From assembly GCA_000004985.1 (NCBI GenBank), contig GG738896.1: a stretch of DNA of 64,000 nt; one strand, written 5' to 3'. Below are positions 1 through 11,464 of this stretch, piece after piece. The stretch is from Naegleria gruberi. Taxonomy: Eukaryota. A program made the position numbers and the translations under genes. The notes beneath the pieces are model-generated. The model was not told the origin of the DNA. It searched no databases and worked only from the letters and a program-made list of their open reading frames with translations. The stretch's first letter is position 1. Each line of letters starts with the position of its first letter.

Positions 1-460
1 AAAGAAAACCTTAATATTTCAAATAAAGTTGTCGGTAAGAGCTCCGATTATGGAATTTTATGGTATGAAATCATTAAGGTGATTTTTCATAAAAGGTTTT
101 GCATAGAATAGCCCCTATATTGAGAGCAAACAACGTACACTCCTCAACTTCTCAGATTTTCCACTCTGGGTTGATTCTTTACTTTTGATTGATTTGTAAA
201 ATATCCGAGTAAGATGGTTTTGAATAATGGTTCCAAAAACTCTACAAAGCATCTTATGTAGCTTCCATTAAGCCAGAAGCAAGTTGTTGTGTGCAGAACA
301 ACACTGTATCAACACGCAAAACTCACCTTGCTCAAATTATTACTGAGAAAAAAAAGAACAAACCTATTTAACCTTATAAACTCAACAGTGCCTAATTTCC
401 CATCTGCTTGGAGTGAATTGTGGGGTGCCATCTGTAAAAGATTCTTAGAGGATAACGAAA

Positions 461-1111
461 ATGTATTCTTCATCGTCATCACTGCCAGATTTTAAAAAGT
501 CGAACAAATCATCATGCTTATCAACTGGTCAATGTGAAACCCAACTGATTCATTGTTCATCTTCTTGGTCCACCATTCTCACATCCTGTAACAATAGCCA
601 CAAGAGTCTCCAACAACAATTCCCACCATGTAAAAATACTACTACTCATTCACCAGAAAAACAGCAGCAATTACCATCAATGCACCAAAATGCAGCATTC
701 AACAATCAACAAACACTTCCTGGATCTTCCATCTACTTTCAAAAAGACACAACACCAATGAAAAGATTGCCATCATTTCAATCCCTTCTCTTTAATATCA
801 GTTTGGACTCTCAGGGATTTCCTGAATCGCTTCCTTCCCTTAATTCTTCTATTTTGAATAATATCTCTCCTCATGTAGACGCAACATGTACAGACACAAC
901 CTATTCAAATAAGGACCTTACATGTGAAATTAGTTCATCATCAACATCATCACTTGAACGTGATACTGTAGTAGTGAGAGAGGTCCTCCCAACGTATAAT
1001 TGGATCAATTTCCTCATTATTTATAAATCCCATATGGGAGTTAAATTTTGTGATGTAATCTGTGGTAATGTGTTGTGGCATTTTTTTGTAATATGTATAG
1101 AACAAGAGTAA
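461..1111 (+). CDS. hypothetical Ser/Thr/Gln-rich low-complexity protein, possibly only part of a spliced gene
   Basis: 216-aa ORF with no recognisable domain and a low-complexity S/T/Q/N-rich composition. Upstream exons cannot be excluded. Confidence 0.25.
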   Translation: MYSSSSSLPDFKKSNKSSCLSTGQCETQLIHCSSSWSTILTSCNNSHKSLQQQFPPCKNTTTHSPEKQQQLPSMHQNAAFNNQQTLPGSSIYFQKDTTPMKRLPSFQSLLFNISLDSQGFPESLPSLNSSILNNISPHVDATCTDTTYSNKDLTCEISSSSTSSLERDTVVVREVLPTYNWINFLIIYKSHMGVKFCDVICGNVLWHFFVICIEQE

Positions 1112-1230
1112 TTACAAATTTACTAAATCGGAATAGTCTTTCTAATTTAATAAATACATCCCTTTATTTTTGTAATATGTGATTCTTCAAGTCCATATAT
1201 AAAAGGGAGAAAGGCACCATTTGTGAAAAC

Positions 1231-3273
1231 TCAATACGAATTAATATCAATGTTTATTGCAAGATTTTCATCTTGTTGTGAATTGGAATGTAGGCAGAGT
1301 GATATTTCTCTCATTCTCTCATTGAATTTTTCAATAAATTGCTCCTTATCTATTGCTTTAGTGAAATAGACTGAATTATTCGAGTTATTATTGTGCTCTC
1401 CATAAAATTCATCGACGAGAGGATTTACTTTACATGCCCTTTCTAAAAATGATGGTCTGTTATTATTCCAACGATTTTTCCTATAGAGGAAATGTGTAAA
1501 TCTTGTGTATAATTGAAAATTCTCTTTCTTTTCCAGAATTTTCAGACAAGTTTCCTCATCCAAATCAGAACAATCATTAAATGCCAGGTAAGCAGATGGA
1601 TTTTTGAATAGATATATTTTCTTAATTTCACGTGGAATCGAGTTGCAATAAAGGTAGAGATTGTGTTTCGTAACACATTCTTCTAGAAATTCTAGGTCAG
1701 CAAAGATTGGATGTGTTGATAAGTCACTGATCAAAAATAAACACTTTGGGGATACCTTGATCAAATCACAATCTAATTTCAAAGTTTCACTAGCAAATGA
1801 AAATGATTGAAAATCCTGCTCAACCGCTTTCATCACTACTTCCTTGTCGTTCCAAAAATGTCTAAGGTATTGTAGTGAGCTACCAAATTTCCCAACACAT
1901 CTCAATGCAAAATTCTTATTTTGCTTAATCTCATGAGATGAATGAATAATCAAGTGAAATAGCCCTCCTGGAGTGACGCAATAATCAATCAGTAATGTTA
2001 CTTGTTCTAAGTTTGATCTTATTTCTATGGAAGCATATCTAAAGAGTTGAGGATTCAACCTCATGCATCCCTTAATCATTTCAAAATCATTTTGACAGCT
2101 TTCATCGAAATATTTAGATGGTTTTTTCAGTTTGGACATCATTTCTCTAATTAAATTTCTGTCTGTTGAATAGAGTCTTAATGCCTCTTCTATTGATTCA
2201 TTTGGGGCTAACAGCATTACATCCTTGTCCAGTCTGTATTCAGAATCTAAGGGAATCAATAAATAGTTTTTTGGATTATAGTTGATTAAACTAATTACAA
2301 AATCTTTAGATGGAATATCAAATTTGATATTCTCTTCTAGCAATCTTGAATAAAAATACATGTCACTCCTCAAATTAGATCCAATATATTGGAGAGTATC
2401 TGTAGATTTCTTAACAGCCTCAAGTGCCCAAACAGACATATTCCTCAAATTTTCCGTTGCAAATTGATATGCATTTACATTATTAGAAAGGGCTATTTCT
2501 ACAAAGGACCATTCGTTTCTTAATTTCCCTGAAGCAAATCTCAAATTCATTCCATCAAACTCAATAAATTCTTTCATAAATTCTTGGTTTCCTCTCAATG
2601 AATAACTAGCCCTAGATAAATCCACCTGTTCATATTGATTTGCATTAATCAAACAACCATACATTTCCATAAAATCCTCATCGTTAAGAATAATATCCTT
2701 TGTTCGTTCTTCCTCCAATCTGTCATATCTTTCCAATACTATAGCTCCATATTTTGATGAGAGAATTTCACGCTTTTCACTCTCATCCAAATTCTCAAAA
2801 TTATCAAGGAATTTTCTCGATACTTTCTCCATCAATTCAATTTCCTTTGTAAAAGAAATTGCTGAAAGTTTCGCAAACAGAGTAAAATTATTTTCCACAA
2901 TTTTGTAAATTAATTCTTCATCCTTCACATTCAAAGGATAGATTCTAAATTTTTGCAACATTCTTTTTGCAAATTCTACATCATTGGCAGCCACTATCGG
3001 ATACGGATTGATAAAGTTCAAACCAAGGTGACTCGTAATTATTTCATAAATTCTCGCATCACAAATAAATTCAATCGGAGTGAGTTTACTAATTGGAGCA
3101 TAATTTCTCATGAATTGCAATTGATCTTGGAGAGAACTTTCATAGGTGGCTGCTCCTTTTTGTTGATTGAAAAACCTTCTTGTGAGCAAGGTGTGAAAAT
3201 AATTATTGGGCTCAAAATCTAACACAGTAAAAACAATCGACATTTTTTTTGATATTGAAATTAATTTATTCAT
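1231..3273 (-). CDS. protein with interspersed 25-residue repeats (DUF4116-like; consensus L-x-[FY]-A-S-x-x-L-[KR]-x-D-x-E-V-V-x-x-A-V)
   Basis: 680-aa ORF. It carries repeat units such as LRFASGKLRNEWSFVEIALSNNVNA / YQFATENLRNMSVWALEAVKKSTDT / LQYIGSNLRSD and LQYLRHFWNDKEVVMKAVEQD. This is the same repeat family as the 42446..44341 ORF. Confidence 0.55.
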   Translation of the reverse strand: MNKLISISKKMSIVFTVLDFEPNNYFHTLLTRRFFNQQKGAATYESSLQDQLQFMRNYAPISKLTPIEFICDARIYEIITSHLGLNFINPYPIVAANDVEFAKRMLQKFRIYPLNVKDEELIYKIVENNFTLFAKLSAISFTKEIELMEKVSRKFLDNFENLDESEKREILSSKYGAIVLERYDRLEEERTKDIILNDEDFMEMYGCLINANQYEQVDLSRASYSLRGNQEFMKEFIEFDGMNLRFASGKLRNEWSFVEIALSNNVNAYQFATENLRNMSVWALEAVKKSTDTLQYIGSNLRSDMYFYSRLLEENIKFDIPSKDFVISLINYNPKNYLLIPLDSEYRLDKDVMLLAPNESIEEALRLYSTDRNLIREMMSKLKKPSKYFDESCQNDFEMIKGCMRLNPQLFRYASIEIRSNLEQVTLLIDYCVTPGGLFHLIIHSSHEIKQNKNFALRCVGKFGSSLQYLRHFWNDKEVVMKAVEQDFQSFSFASETLKLDCDLIKVSPKCLFLISDLSTHPIFADLEFLEECVTKHNLYLYCNSIPREIKKIYLFKNPSAYLAFNDCSDLDEETCLKILEKKENFQLYTRFTHFLYRKNRWNNNRPSFLERACKVNPLVDEFYGEHNNNSNNSVYFTKAIDKEQFIEKFNERMREISLCLHSNSQQDENLAINIDINSY

Positions 3274-3364
3274 GGTGAGATTGATCGTGGAATGGTTTCG
3301 ATCAATAGAGATGACAGTTCCATAAATTGAGTTTAAAAAAATACCATTCCAGGAATATATTTCT

Positions 3365-5440
3365 TTAAAAGCTATTGTAAAATAAATATTCTGATCTATT
3401 TGTCATTTGGCTAATATTACTCATCAAGTTAACACCGTAATCAGTCATGTCATTATTAGAAACATCAAAGATATTATAATGTCTCAAACTTTCCACATTC
3501 TCTGAGAAGACCTCAGCTCCTCTATCACAGATATTGTTATCATACAATACAAGGATGGAAAGATTTGGCAAACCACTCTTGCTCACAATGTATTGTGCTG
3601 ATATTGCTGTAATGGTGTTACCACAACAAAACAATGAGACTAAATTATTAAGATAAATGCTGGAACAAAGCAGTTGAATGCAATCATCATCAATAATATT
3701 CTTGAAATTTTGAATTTCCTGAGAGTTACCCAAATTAAGGTAGGCCAATTTTGACATGGTCTTACAGGATGTCAAGTACTTCACTCCATCTATTCCAATA
3801 CCATTATTTTCCACATCCAAACTTCTTAGGTTGCAACAGTTTGTACATATATTGTAAAGGCCCTCATTTCCAATGTTATTGTCACATAATATCAATTGGC
3901 TCATGTTTCTCAAGATGGTGCTATTAAAAATAGATGGAAAGCCAGTTAGTGAGCAGGAGAACATTTTCAATTTTCTCAATTTCTTCAATGATTCGGATTT
4001 GAATAAAGAACTCATCATTTCCAATGTTATTACAGAACAGTCATTCACTTCAATTTCTTCAAGATTTCCCAATACCTTACTCGTACCAATTTTTTCAAAT
4101 AGTTCATTATCTATGAGTGTAAATATTTGGAGAGACTTGGTTGTTCTAAAAAAATTATGGGAGAAGGAGTGTATTGAATGAATACCAAATTTAGGACAGT
4201 AGGCTTGAATCTTCTCCAAATCATCTAAACAATCTAGCCCGTTAGGATAATATGAAAACAATAATTCCATGCCCTTCTCCTTACTAGTATTGAGTGCTTT
4301 AACAGAAGAATTCAATGAATGAAACCAATTATTTCCCAATAACGAGAATAGTTTCAAATTTTCAAACTTATCAATTAATAATTGACATGTTTCGTGTGCT
4401 ATAAAATTTGATTCCAAAATTAGCTCCTCTAAATTTCTCAATGTAAAGCAATCATTTAAAACTAGAAAGTCTTGGCCAAGACGATTTTTGCTCAAGTTCA
4501 AATATTTCAGATTTGAAAGCTTATTCAAAAGTGGGATAATGTCATATTTTTTCAATGAACATTGAATAAGTGATAAGCTTGTGATAGTATTGTTCTCTAC
4601 ACAAGCATTGCAATAATCTTCTATCCGTTTGTATTCTGTATCCTCAAATAACAATCTTTCTAATTTGCAAATTAGTGTAGAGGTTTGAGAAATCTCAGTA
4701 ACACTTGAACCATTACCCAAACTCGCACTGAAATCTCTCAAATTATTAAAAGCAGAATGATAAAATATATTATCCAAAGTTTTCGTTGTAATTCTATTAC
4801 TTCTGACATCCAATTTTGTAAGATTTTGCAAATTCTTGCACGATGTAAGTAATTCCATCATGTCATCATTTAGAGAACAATTCATTAATTCCAAACTTTC
4901 AAAAGTCAATGTCAGTTTTTCATCGCTTAACAAACAATTTAAATTCTGCCAATCCAACACCACATAATTCAAACACAAATGTCTCAAGCTTTGCAATCTG
5001 CTTGTCAACGTTTCAAAATGACAATAATCTATACAATTAAATGACAAATTCAACATTTTAACTTTCTTGAAAATCAACCACTCATCCATCCTATTACCAA
5101 TCAAATCATAAGCTCCTCCGTCACCATCATCATAACATAAGAAATTATTTTCGTCTTTATATAAATTACCAGAAAAATCAAATTTCCATTCCAATCGTTC
5201 AGTGATGATTTTGTAAAATTGTGATGAAATAGAAACATAGGATTTCAAGGTTTCCGGTGAGATGAATGTAAAAATTGAATAAATGACATCATCAGGAAGG
5301 TATGTTTGGTCTTTCATTTTTTTGAAACTTTTCGAGCTTGATATCTTGAGTTTAAAATCTATTTTAAATTTAAATTCTAAATATTTGGGTTTCCCAGTTT
5401 CTTGTTGTAAAGGGATAATAAATGGTGAAATATTACTCAC
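3365..5440 (-). CDS. F-box / leucine-rich-repeat (RNI-like) protein
   Basis: N-terminal F-box-like segment (LPDDVIYSIFTFISPETLKSYVSISSQFYKII) followed by many LRR units (LNLSKNRLG, LRSLDVENNGIGIDGVKYL, LNLGNSQ). 691-aa uninterrupted ORF. Confidence 0.6.
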   Translation of the reverse strand: MSNISPFIIPLQQETGKPKYLEFKFKIDFKLKISSSKSFKKMKDQTYLPDDVIYSIFTFISPETLKSYVSISSQFYKIITERLEWKFDFSGNLYKDENNFLCYDDGDGGAYDLIGNRMDEWLIFKKVKMLNLSFNCIDYCHFETLTSRLQSLRHLCLNYVVLDWQNLNCLLSDEKLTLTFESLELMNCSLNDDMMELLTSCKNLQNLTKLDVRSNRITTKTLDNIFYHSAFNNLRDFSASLGNGSSVTEISQTSTLICKLERLLFEDTEYKRIEDYCNACVENNTITSLSLIQCSLKKYDIIPLLNKLSNLKYLNLSKNRLGQDFLVLNDCFTLRNLEELILESNFIAHETCQLLIDKFENLKLFSLLGNNWFHSLNSSVKALNTSKEKGMELLFSYYPNGLDCLDDLEKIQAYCPKFGIHSIHSFSHNFFRTTKSLQIFTLIDNELFEKIGTSKVLGNLEEIEVNDCSVITLEMMSSLFKSESLKKLRKLKMFSCSLTGFPSIFNSTILRNMSQLILCDNNIGNEGLYNICTNCCNLRSLDVENNGIGIDGVKYLTSCKTMSKLAYLNLGNSQEIQNFKNIIDDDCIQLLCSSIYLNNLVSLFCCGNTITAISAQYIVSKSGLPNLSILVLYDNNICDRGAEVFSENVESLRHYNIFDVSNNDMTDYGVNLMSNISQMTNRSEYLFYNSF

Positions 5441-5562
5441 CCATCAACCAATCAGTGACTAAGTGAAGCACTGACAAAACCAAATAACCTTAAGAACCAC
5501 AGCTCATTTCAACAAGTCCAAAACCAATCAAAAAAACAAAGACACAACAATTAAACTGAACA

Positions 5563-5721
5563 ATGGCCAAGTGTGACTGGTGTAGTTTCAATGCTTCAAC
5601 TTTGGGTTCAATCTCTTGTAAGAATGGTTGCTCTCACAAGGTTTGTCCTGGATGTAAGAGTTCTCCTTCTGGAAAGGTTGGATTGAAATGTCCAACATGT
5701 GGTAAACCAGCTGGTTGGTAA
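5563..5721 (+). CDS. small (52 aa) cysteine-rich putative zinc-ribbon protein
   Basis: ATG at 5563 and TAA at 5719-5721. Sequence MAKCDWCSFNASTLGSISCKNGCSHKVCPGCKSSPSGKVGLKCPTCGKPAGW has eight Cys arranged as CxxC...CxxxC...CxxC...CxxC. GC content is clearly higher than the AT-rich flanks. Not in the ORF track because it is under 60 aa. Confidence 0.4.
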   Translation: MAKCDWCSFNASTLGSISCKNGCSHKVCPGCKSSPSGKVGLKCPTCGKPAGW

Positions 5722-5827
5722 TTGAATCTGATGATCAATATGACAAGAATTGTAAATAAAGTTTCTTCTTTATCTAAACTGTTGGAAAGTATTTTAAATA
5801 GTTTTGTAAAAAATTGTGGAGTGATAT

Positions 5828-8800
5828 TTAGGCCTTAGTAGCACATTTTGTTCCTTTCCATCCCTCATTACACGAACACTTTCCATCAGTAATGCAAATT
5901 CCATGTTTCGAACAAACCAATGGATTCGAAGCTCCATAACCAAAACAAACGAATTCTGTCGTTTCACATTCATTTCCAATTCTTCCTAGAGGACAAGCAC
6001 ATGTATCTGGACTAGTACAATTACCAACTCCACTACAAACTAATCCACTTACAATTTTTCCATAACAAATTGGTAAGGAACATTGAGTAGCTCCATAACC
6101 AGAGTTACATAGACAAGTATCAGGAGATATGCATTGACCTCGATTGGTACAATTCAGGGAACAGATTGGAGTGTTACAAGTTTCACCAATCCATCCTTGG
6201 TTGCATTGACATGTGAAAGGAGCTGTACAGTTGCCATTACCATTGCAAGATTGAGCACAGAATGGTGGTTCGTAAATTCGTTGATGGAGAGCATCAATAT
6301 CTGGATCAGAAACTGAATCACCACAAACAGATTGAAAACCTGAAATGTCAGAAGGTAAAATTGGACTTGATGTCAAGTTGGCATCTGTCATTTGGGCATA
6401 TGATTCAGTAATGAAACGAACATCATCCATAATAAACTCTCTATAATCCAATGTGATGTCATCAACTGGTTTTTGCATAAAGGTTACTCTTTGAATTGAG
6501 TTCAAACCTGTTTGATTTGTGAAAGGAATGTCACTAACTGGAATTCTGACACGAGTTACTCTTGTGTGATCAATCTTGAAATGTTGAATATACTTTGGAT
6601 CAATGTAAATTGCTGGAATATCAGTGAATGCAGTATTCTTAATTTCAGAAAAGAAAATATTCAAATTTAATTGACCTTCAGAAATGGATTGGATAAAGAA
6701 TTCGAAATATCTAAATTTAGAAAGGTCAATTAATTGAACAGGGCCTCCTTTAGTATAACTTTTAGTAATCTGAACTTTACCCATTCCCATTCCAAATCTA
6801 ATACTTGTACTTCCACAAATTGCTGCGGTTGAGTAATCTTTCTGAGCTAGTGGAACATCTTGTTTGGCTACAGTTTGTAAAACCCATCCAGTTTGAGTTG
6901 AGATATCAGTCGATTCACTGTAGAACTTGAACATGTCATCAGAAGAAATAGCTCCACATGGTTGACTGGCAGAAATTGAAATAGGAAGTGAACATCTTGG
7001 TGTACCAAATTGAGTAATACCATTGTTACAAAATAATTGGGCTCTCAAATGACCATTTGGATTAGTACTTGTTCTCAACAAGACGAAAACTTCTCCCTTC
7101 AAAAGTGAGATAATTTCATCATATGAAAAATCCATTGAAAATCTTGAAACTGAATAAGGACTTGGATAAATTGATGGTTCTTGTAAAAATCTGACAATTT
7201 CACCAATTTTACCAATTCCAACTTGAATTTGAGTTGCTAAATGAGATAGATCATGATAAACTGTAAAATCAACTGTTCTCTTATTTGCTAATAAGCCAGC
7301 AAGAACTTTACCGTTTCCTCCAGCATTGATCATGCTTGAGCTTACTTGGCAAGGTTGTAAAATTCCAGAGAATCTTTCTTCAAGAGTTACCTTTTTGATT
7401 CTATCAATGCTTGCGGTTGGGAAATCCCAATTATAGACTTGACAATTATTATTTGGACATGTGGCAGTGATTGAAAACTTGGTGGAATAACCAGTATATA
7501 GAGAATATTCATCATAATATTCAGCAAAGGCAGTTCTTCCACCAGTGTTCTTAAAATGCAAGAATAAATGTTCAGTTTGATTTTCATAGAAATAAGAATT
7601 TGGGTTGACCATTAAATCGTCAATAGAATTGACACGAGGCAATGCTCTCTGACTCATTGATGCTGTTTCATATCTGATATCGAGAACGGCAGTTCTTGGA
7701 TATTGAACAGCTAATACAATCCAATCATTATTTGCAATCGATCTCAAATAATATTGCAAGTCATTTGGAGTTCCAATATTTAAGGCCCATCTCAATACAT
7801 AAACATTCTTCAAAACTAAATTAGAATCCATCCAGAAACCTCTTGTTCCCATATTCCATCCATGTACTTGATCATATTTACCAGGATTAGAAGTATCGTG
7901 AATGAAAAGTCTTGGCATTTTAACAGTCAACTTGTTAAGGTTGGGATCACTTCCAAGAGGTGAACTAGTTGAGAAACCTGCATAATTGACAAGAGTTAAA
8001 GCACCGTAACCTTCTTTAAAGACAGGACAATTATAACTATTCCAATCTGGTTGAGCATTACAACCTGGAACAGTCAAGAAAGAATTATTAGAAACTGACC
8101 ATCCCCCTCCGGTGAATCCTGTCTTACTTCCATCAGTATCCAAAACAGTCATACCTCTATTACCATCTGTAGGTGCTTCCAAGTAGAATGCACTGTTTGA
8201 ATTTACAAAAGTCAAATTTCTCAATCTTCCTCCAGTTTCGTATTTGAAATTAGCATTTGACAAGTTTGTAATAGCTCCTGCCTTTCTATACGAATTGGAC
8301 TTGTAATTTCTAAATACGGTATTTCTTACGTAGGAAGGTCCTCCATTATCATAAAACTCATATGCCTTAAACTCCTCAGTGTTAGAGAAGAAACCAGGAT
8401 AGGAACGTGAAACATCAATGCCAGCTCTGTAAGTCTCGCCTACATTATCACTTTCCGCCTCAAATACTGAATCTTCCACAACACTTGGTTCACCAGCGAC
8501 ATCAATACCAATTCTAGAGTCACCAACAAACATATTTCTCAAAGTAATTGTGTCTGCTCTCAACCACAAAGCCCACTTTCTAATTTTGAAAGCAACAAAG
8601 TTTTCAATAATGCTTTCAACGATGGGTTTACTTTTTGAGCCACGAACTGGATAAGGAGGTTCTACAGGAACCCAGGTGTCATTTTCAGGAAATCCATTGA
8701 CATCTACAAAGTCATCAATGTGAAGACCGACATGATTAGCAGAGTGAACAACGTTATTCTTGAATGAACCAAGTGGAAGCATTCTAGGTCTAATCAATGT

Positions 8801-10263
8801 GGTATTGGCATATTTATCTTGAACTAGACCGATAGCATACTCTGGAAGTGAAAACCAATAGCCAAATTTACCACCAATAGCTCTGTTTCCCTCAAAATAA
8901 TTCATTGCCTTTTGTTGTGTAAGAATTGTGTAAAATTAAGGAATTACTTACATTGGTAATCCAGAAAACTGATACATCGTTATCTGTAGGTATTATTTGA
9001 AGCGGGTCTGAATCGATAATTGGTAAAACTTTAGCTCCCAAATTATTTTTGAACAAGTTGTACATTTCTGATCCATTTTCCAAGAAAAAGGCATGTCCAT
9101 TGATATTATAACAAACATTATTCTCAATTTGAATATAATTTGAATCATGAACAGTGATACATCTTTGATAAGAATTATAAATACTGTTATCCTTTAGAAT
9201 AAAAGGTTTGACAGTAGAGTTCAATGCCTTATCTCCTAATAAGTGAAAGTGAATTGAATAACGTCCCATTAAACCCTTTAAAATATAATTGTTAATCATT
9301 ATAATTCAATAGAATAAACTCACCTTTTGTCCCATTCGTCTCAATTCCACACCAACCATTTCGAATTGTTCAACAAGACGAATGATAACATGACCACCAA
9401 ATGAAGAAGAAGCACTGGATACATCCCCTTCAAACACAATATTCCTATTGAGTTTGGCAACTTCTCCTCTTGTAACTCCACTTGCATAGTGAGTGAACAA
9501 GAGTGTTTGGTTGACTATAAAAGTAGTCGAGTTAATAATTGAAACAATGGTTCTTTCCTCACTCTGATCAGGAAATGGAACACCAACTCGCCAAGTTGGA
9601 AGGGTGACTTTAGTTTTATCTAGAAGTTCTCCGTAATCTGTCGAGGTCAATAAGATGGAATCGCCAACTTTCCAATTGGTTGGAGAACGAGTCTTGATAA
9701 TGGTTGTTCCTTTGACGGCACTTTCAGCCAATTCTACCCAAGATAAACCATCAACAGAACCAACGATTTGAATGAAAGAACCTGAACAAGATGTAAAATT
9801 CATTCAAATGTCAAAACTTACCTGACATGGCAGCAAGACCTTTGGCTCCACCACTACTTCCATCAAATGGATCAATTCCAATAATATTGGAAGCAGTTCT
9901 ATTTCCATAGAAAGTAACCACAATTTTACCAGTAATTGGACAACTAGAGCTGCCAGCAATCAATTTACCTCCCTTGTCAACTCTAATAAATTGGAGAGTC
10001 AAATTTAAATTGACATTGTTAAATATCAAGCTTGCATTTTGTTGGACAATAATTCCATACAACAAAACACCAGGTGACTTATCCAAAAGCGTATTTTGTG
10101 AAATGGTAATGGTAGAATTGACCTTGTTCCAATCAGCAATCGAAGAAAACATTTTCAAGCCAGATTGTTGATGTGGACATTGACCAACTACCATCTTTAC
10201 ATTTCCAGCTACTAAAAACAAGATAGTTATTAGTAGAATAGTTTGTAAGAAACGGTTTAACAT
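5828..10263 (-). CDS. secreted G8-domain / right-handed beta-helix (PbH1) protein with C-terminal EGF-like repeats (CEMIP/TMEM2-like); four exons
   Basis: Exons on the minus strand are approximately 10263..9822, 9781..9324, 9275..8952 and 8908..5828. They are joined by GTAAGT/GTGAGT...AG mini-introns of 40, 48 and 43 nt at approximately 9782..9821, 9276..9323 and 8909..8951. Exon lengths sum to a multiple of 3, about 1434 aa. There is an N-terminal signal peptide (MLNRFLQTILLITILFLVAG). The G8-like signature is WKVGDSILLTSTDYGELL...RGEVAKLNRNIVFEG. PbH1-like repeats appear as SIYNSYQRCITVHDSNYIQIENNVCYNINGHAFFLENGS. The C terminus holds about 6 tenascin-type EGF repeats (CNGNGNCTAPFTCQCNQGWIGETC...). 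Confidence 0.7.
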
Positions 10264-11035
10264 TTTTTTTTGATAATCTTTGAGTTGACTGTCTCAGTTC
10301 AATGTGACTAGATTGAAATTGTTCCACAATGAAAAATAACAAGCACTTTCTAGTATGAACTTGTCCAGAACTTGAAAGAATTAGTACCTGCCATATCAGA
10401 TATTCTGTATTTGTTAAAATCTTTGATAAGCCAAATCTTTTGAACTCCAAAACTGAACTCATCAACAAGCATTGTGAACATTTGCAATATTACAATTAAC
10501 TAATTTACAATTCTGTACAGAGTTTCAACACCGAACTCAAGTGAATATTTTGTATCAGAGAGCAGTTTCCTTCAAGTTAGATAGAACTTGGATACATTCG
10601 AGGAGCTTTACAAAATAGAAATGCTCTCAACTGTGAGAAGTATTTTTCAATAGGAGATAGAATTACTTTCATTGTGTAGATGAATCTTGGCTGATGTTCT
10701 CCCTTTGCTTGTAGCATGATGAAGGTTGGTATTTGGCAGGGTGATATCATGTTTGTTGTTTTTTTGTTGAAAATTTAACGGTCAGAACAGGCAATTTTCA
10801 GCGGTTTTTTTGTTAGAGAGAAATTGCAGGACTGTCTACTGAAGAAAATCAACATTTATGAGTTTATGTTTTTTATTAACAAACTTTGAATTTTCTCAAA
10901 TAAATTGGTTAGACGAAGTACAAGTATTTTCATCTTAGGCCAGTTTCAATATTCATTGTAAAGTTGGCATTCAAAATATTTTTAGATTTTATTTTTAGAT
11001 TGTAGCTTCATGTTAAAAGTAGCAAATGTACAACC
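10264..11035. promoter_or_regulatory. divergent intergenic/promoter region between the G8 gene (-) and the CCDC25-like gene (+)
   Basis: 772 bp of AT-rich non-coding DNA lies between two divergently oriented start codons. No ORF is present. Confidence 0.3.
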
Positions 11036-11464
11036 TTGAATTTGAAACAAAAGAAGAACAACAATAACACAATGGTCGTCCAATACCAAACTTCCGATAA
11101 TCAATACTTAATCATTGTTGGTGAAAACGCCAAGGAAAACGACAAAATTCGTCAAGAAGCCTCTCAAAATGATTTGTGGTTTCACTTGGAAGATGTATCA
11201 TCACCACACGTAATTTTGAAACCAAATAATAGTTCATCATCCTCATCGTCATTTCCTGCCCAGGCTATTTATTATGCCGGCGTGTTGTGTAAAGCCTACA
11301 GTAAACAAAAGGCCACACAAACTTCATCCGTTATTTATGCACCAAGAAAATCAGTCAAAACTGTAAAGGAAATTGACGGGAGAGTTGAAGTGAAAGGACA
11401 TGTGGAGAAGATGAAGGTTTATCGGGATGATACTATCAAGGAAACATTGAAGAAAGTTGTTTAA
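11036..11464 (+). CDS. CCDC25-like protein (NFACT-R / DUF814-type domain)
   Basis: The ORF contains YLIIVGENAKENDKI...DLWFHLEDVSSPHVIL...AGVLCKAYS...VIYAPRKSVKT. This matches the CCDC25 pattern YMGKDKYENEDLI...DIWFHVDKLSSAHVYL...VVYTPWSNLKK. The start may be the internal Met at ~11072 (MVVQYQ). Confidence 0.6.
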   Translation: MNLKQKKNNNNTMVVQYQTSDNQYLIIVGENAKENDKIRQEASQNDLWFHLEDVSSPHVILKPNNSSSSSSSFPAQAIYYAGVLCKAYSKQKATQTSSVIYAPRKSVKTVKEIDGRVEVKGHVEKMKVYRDDTIKETLKKVV

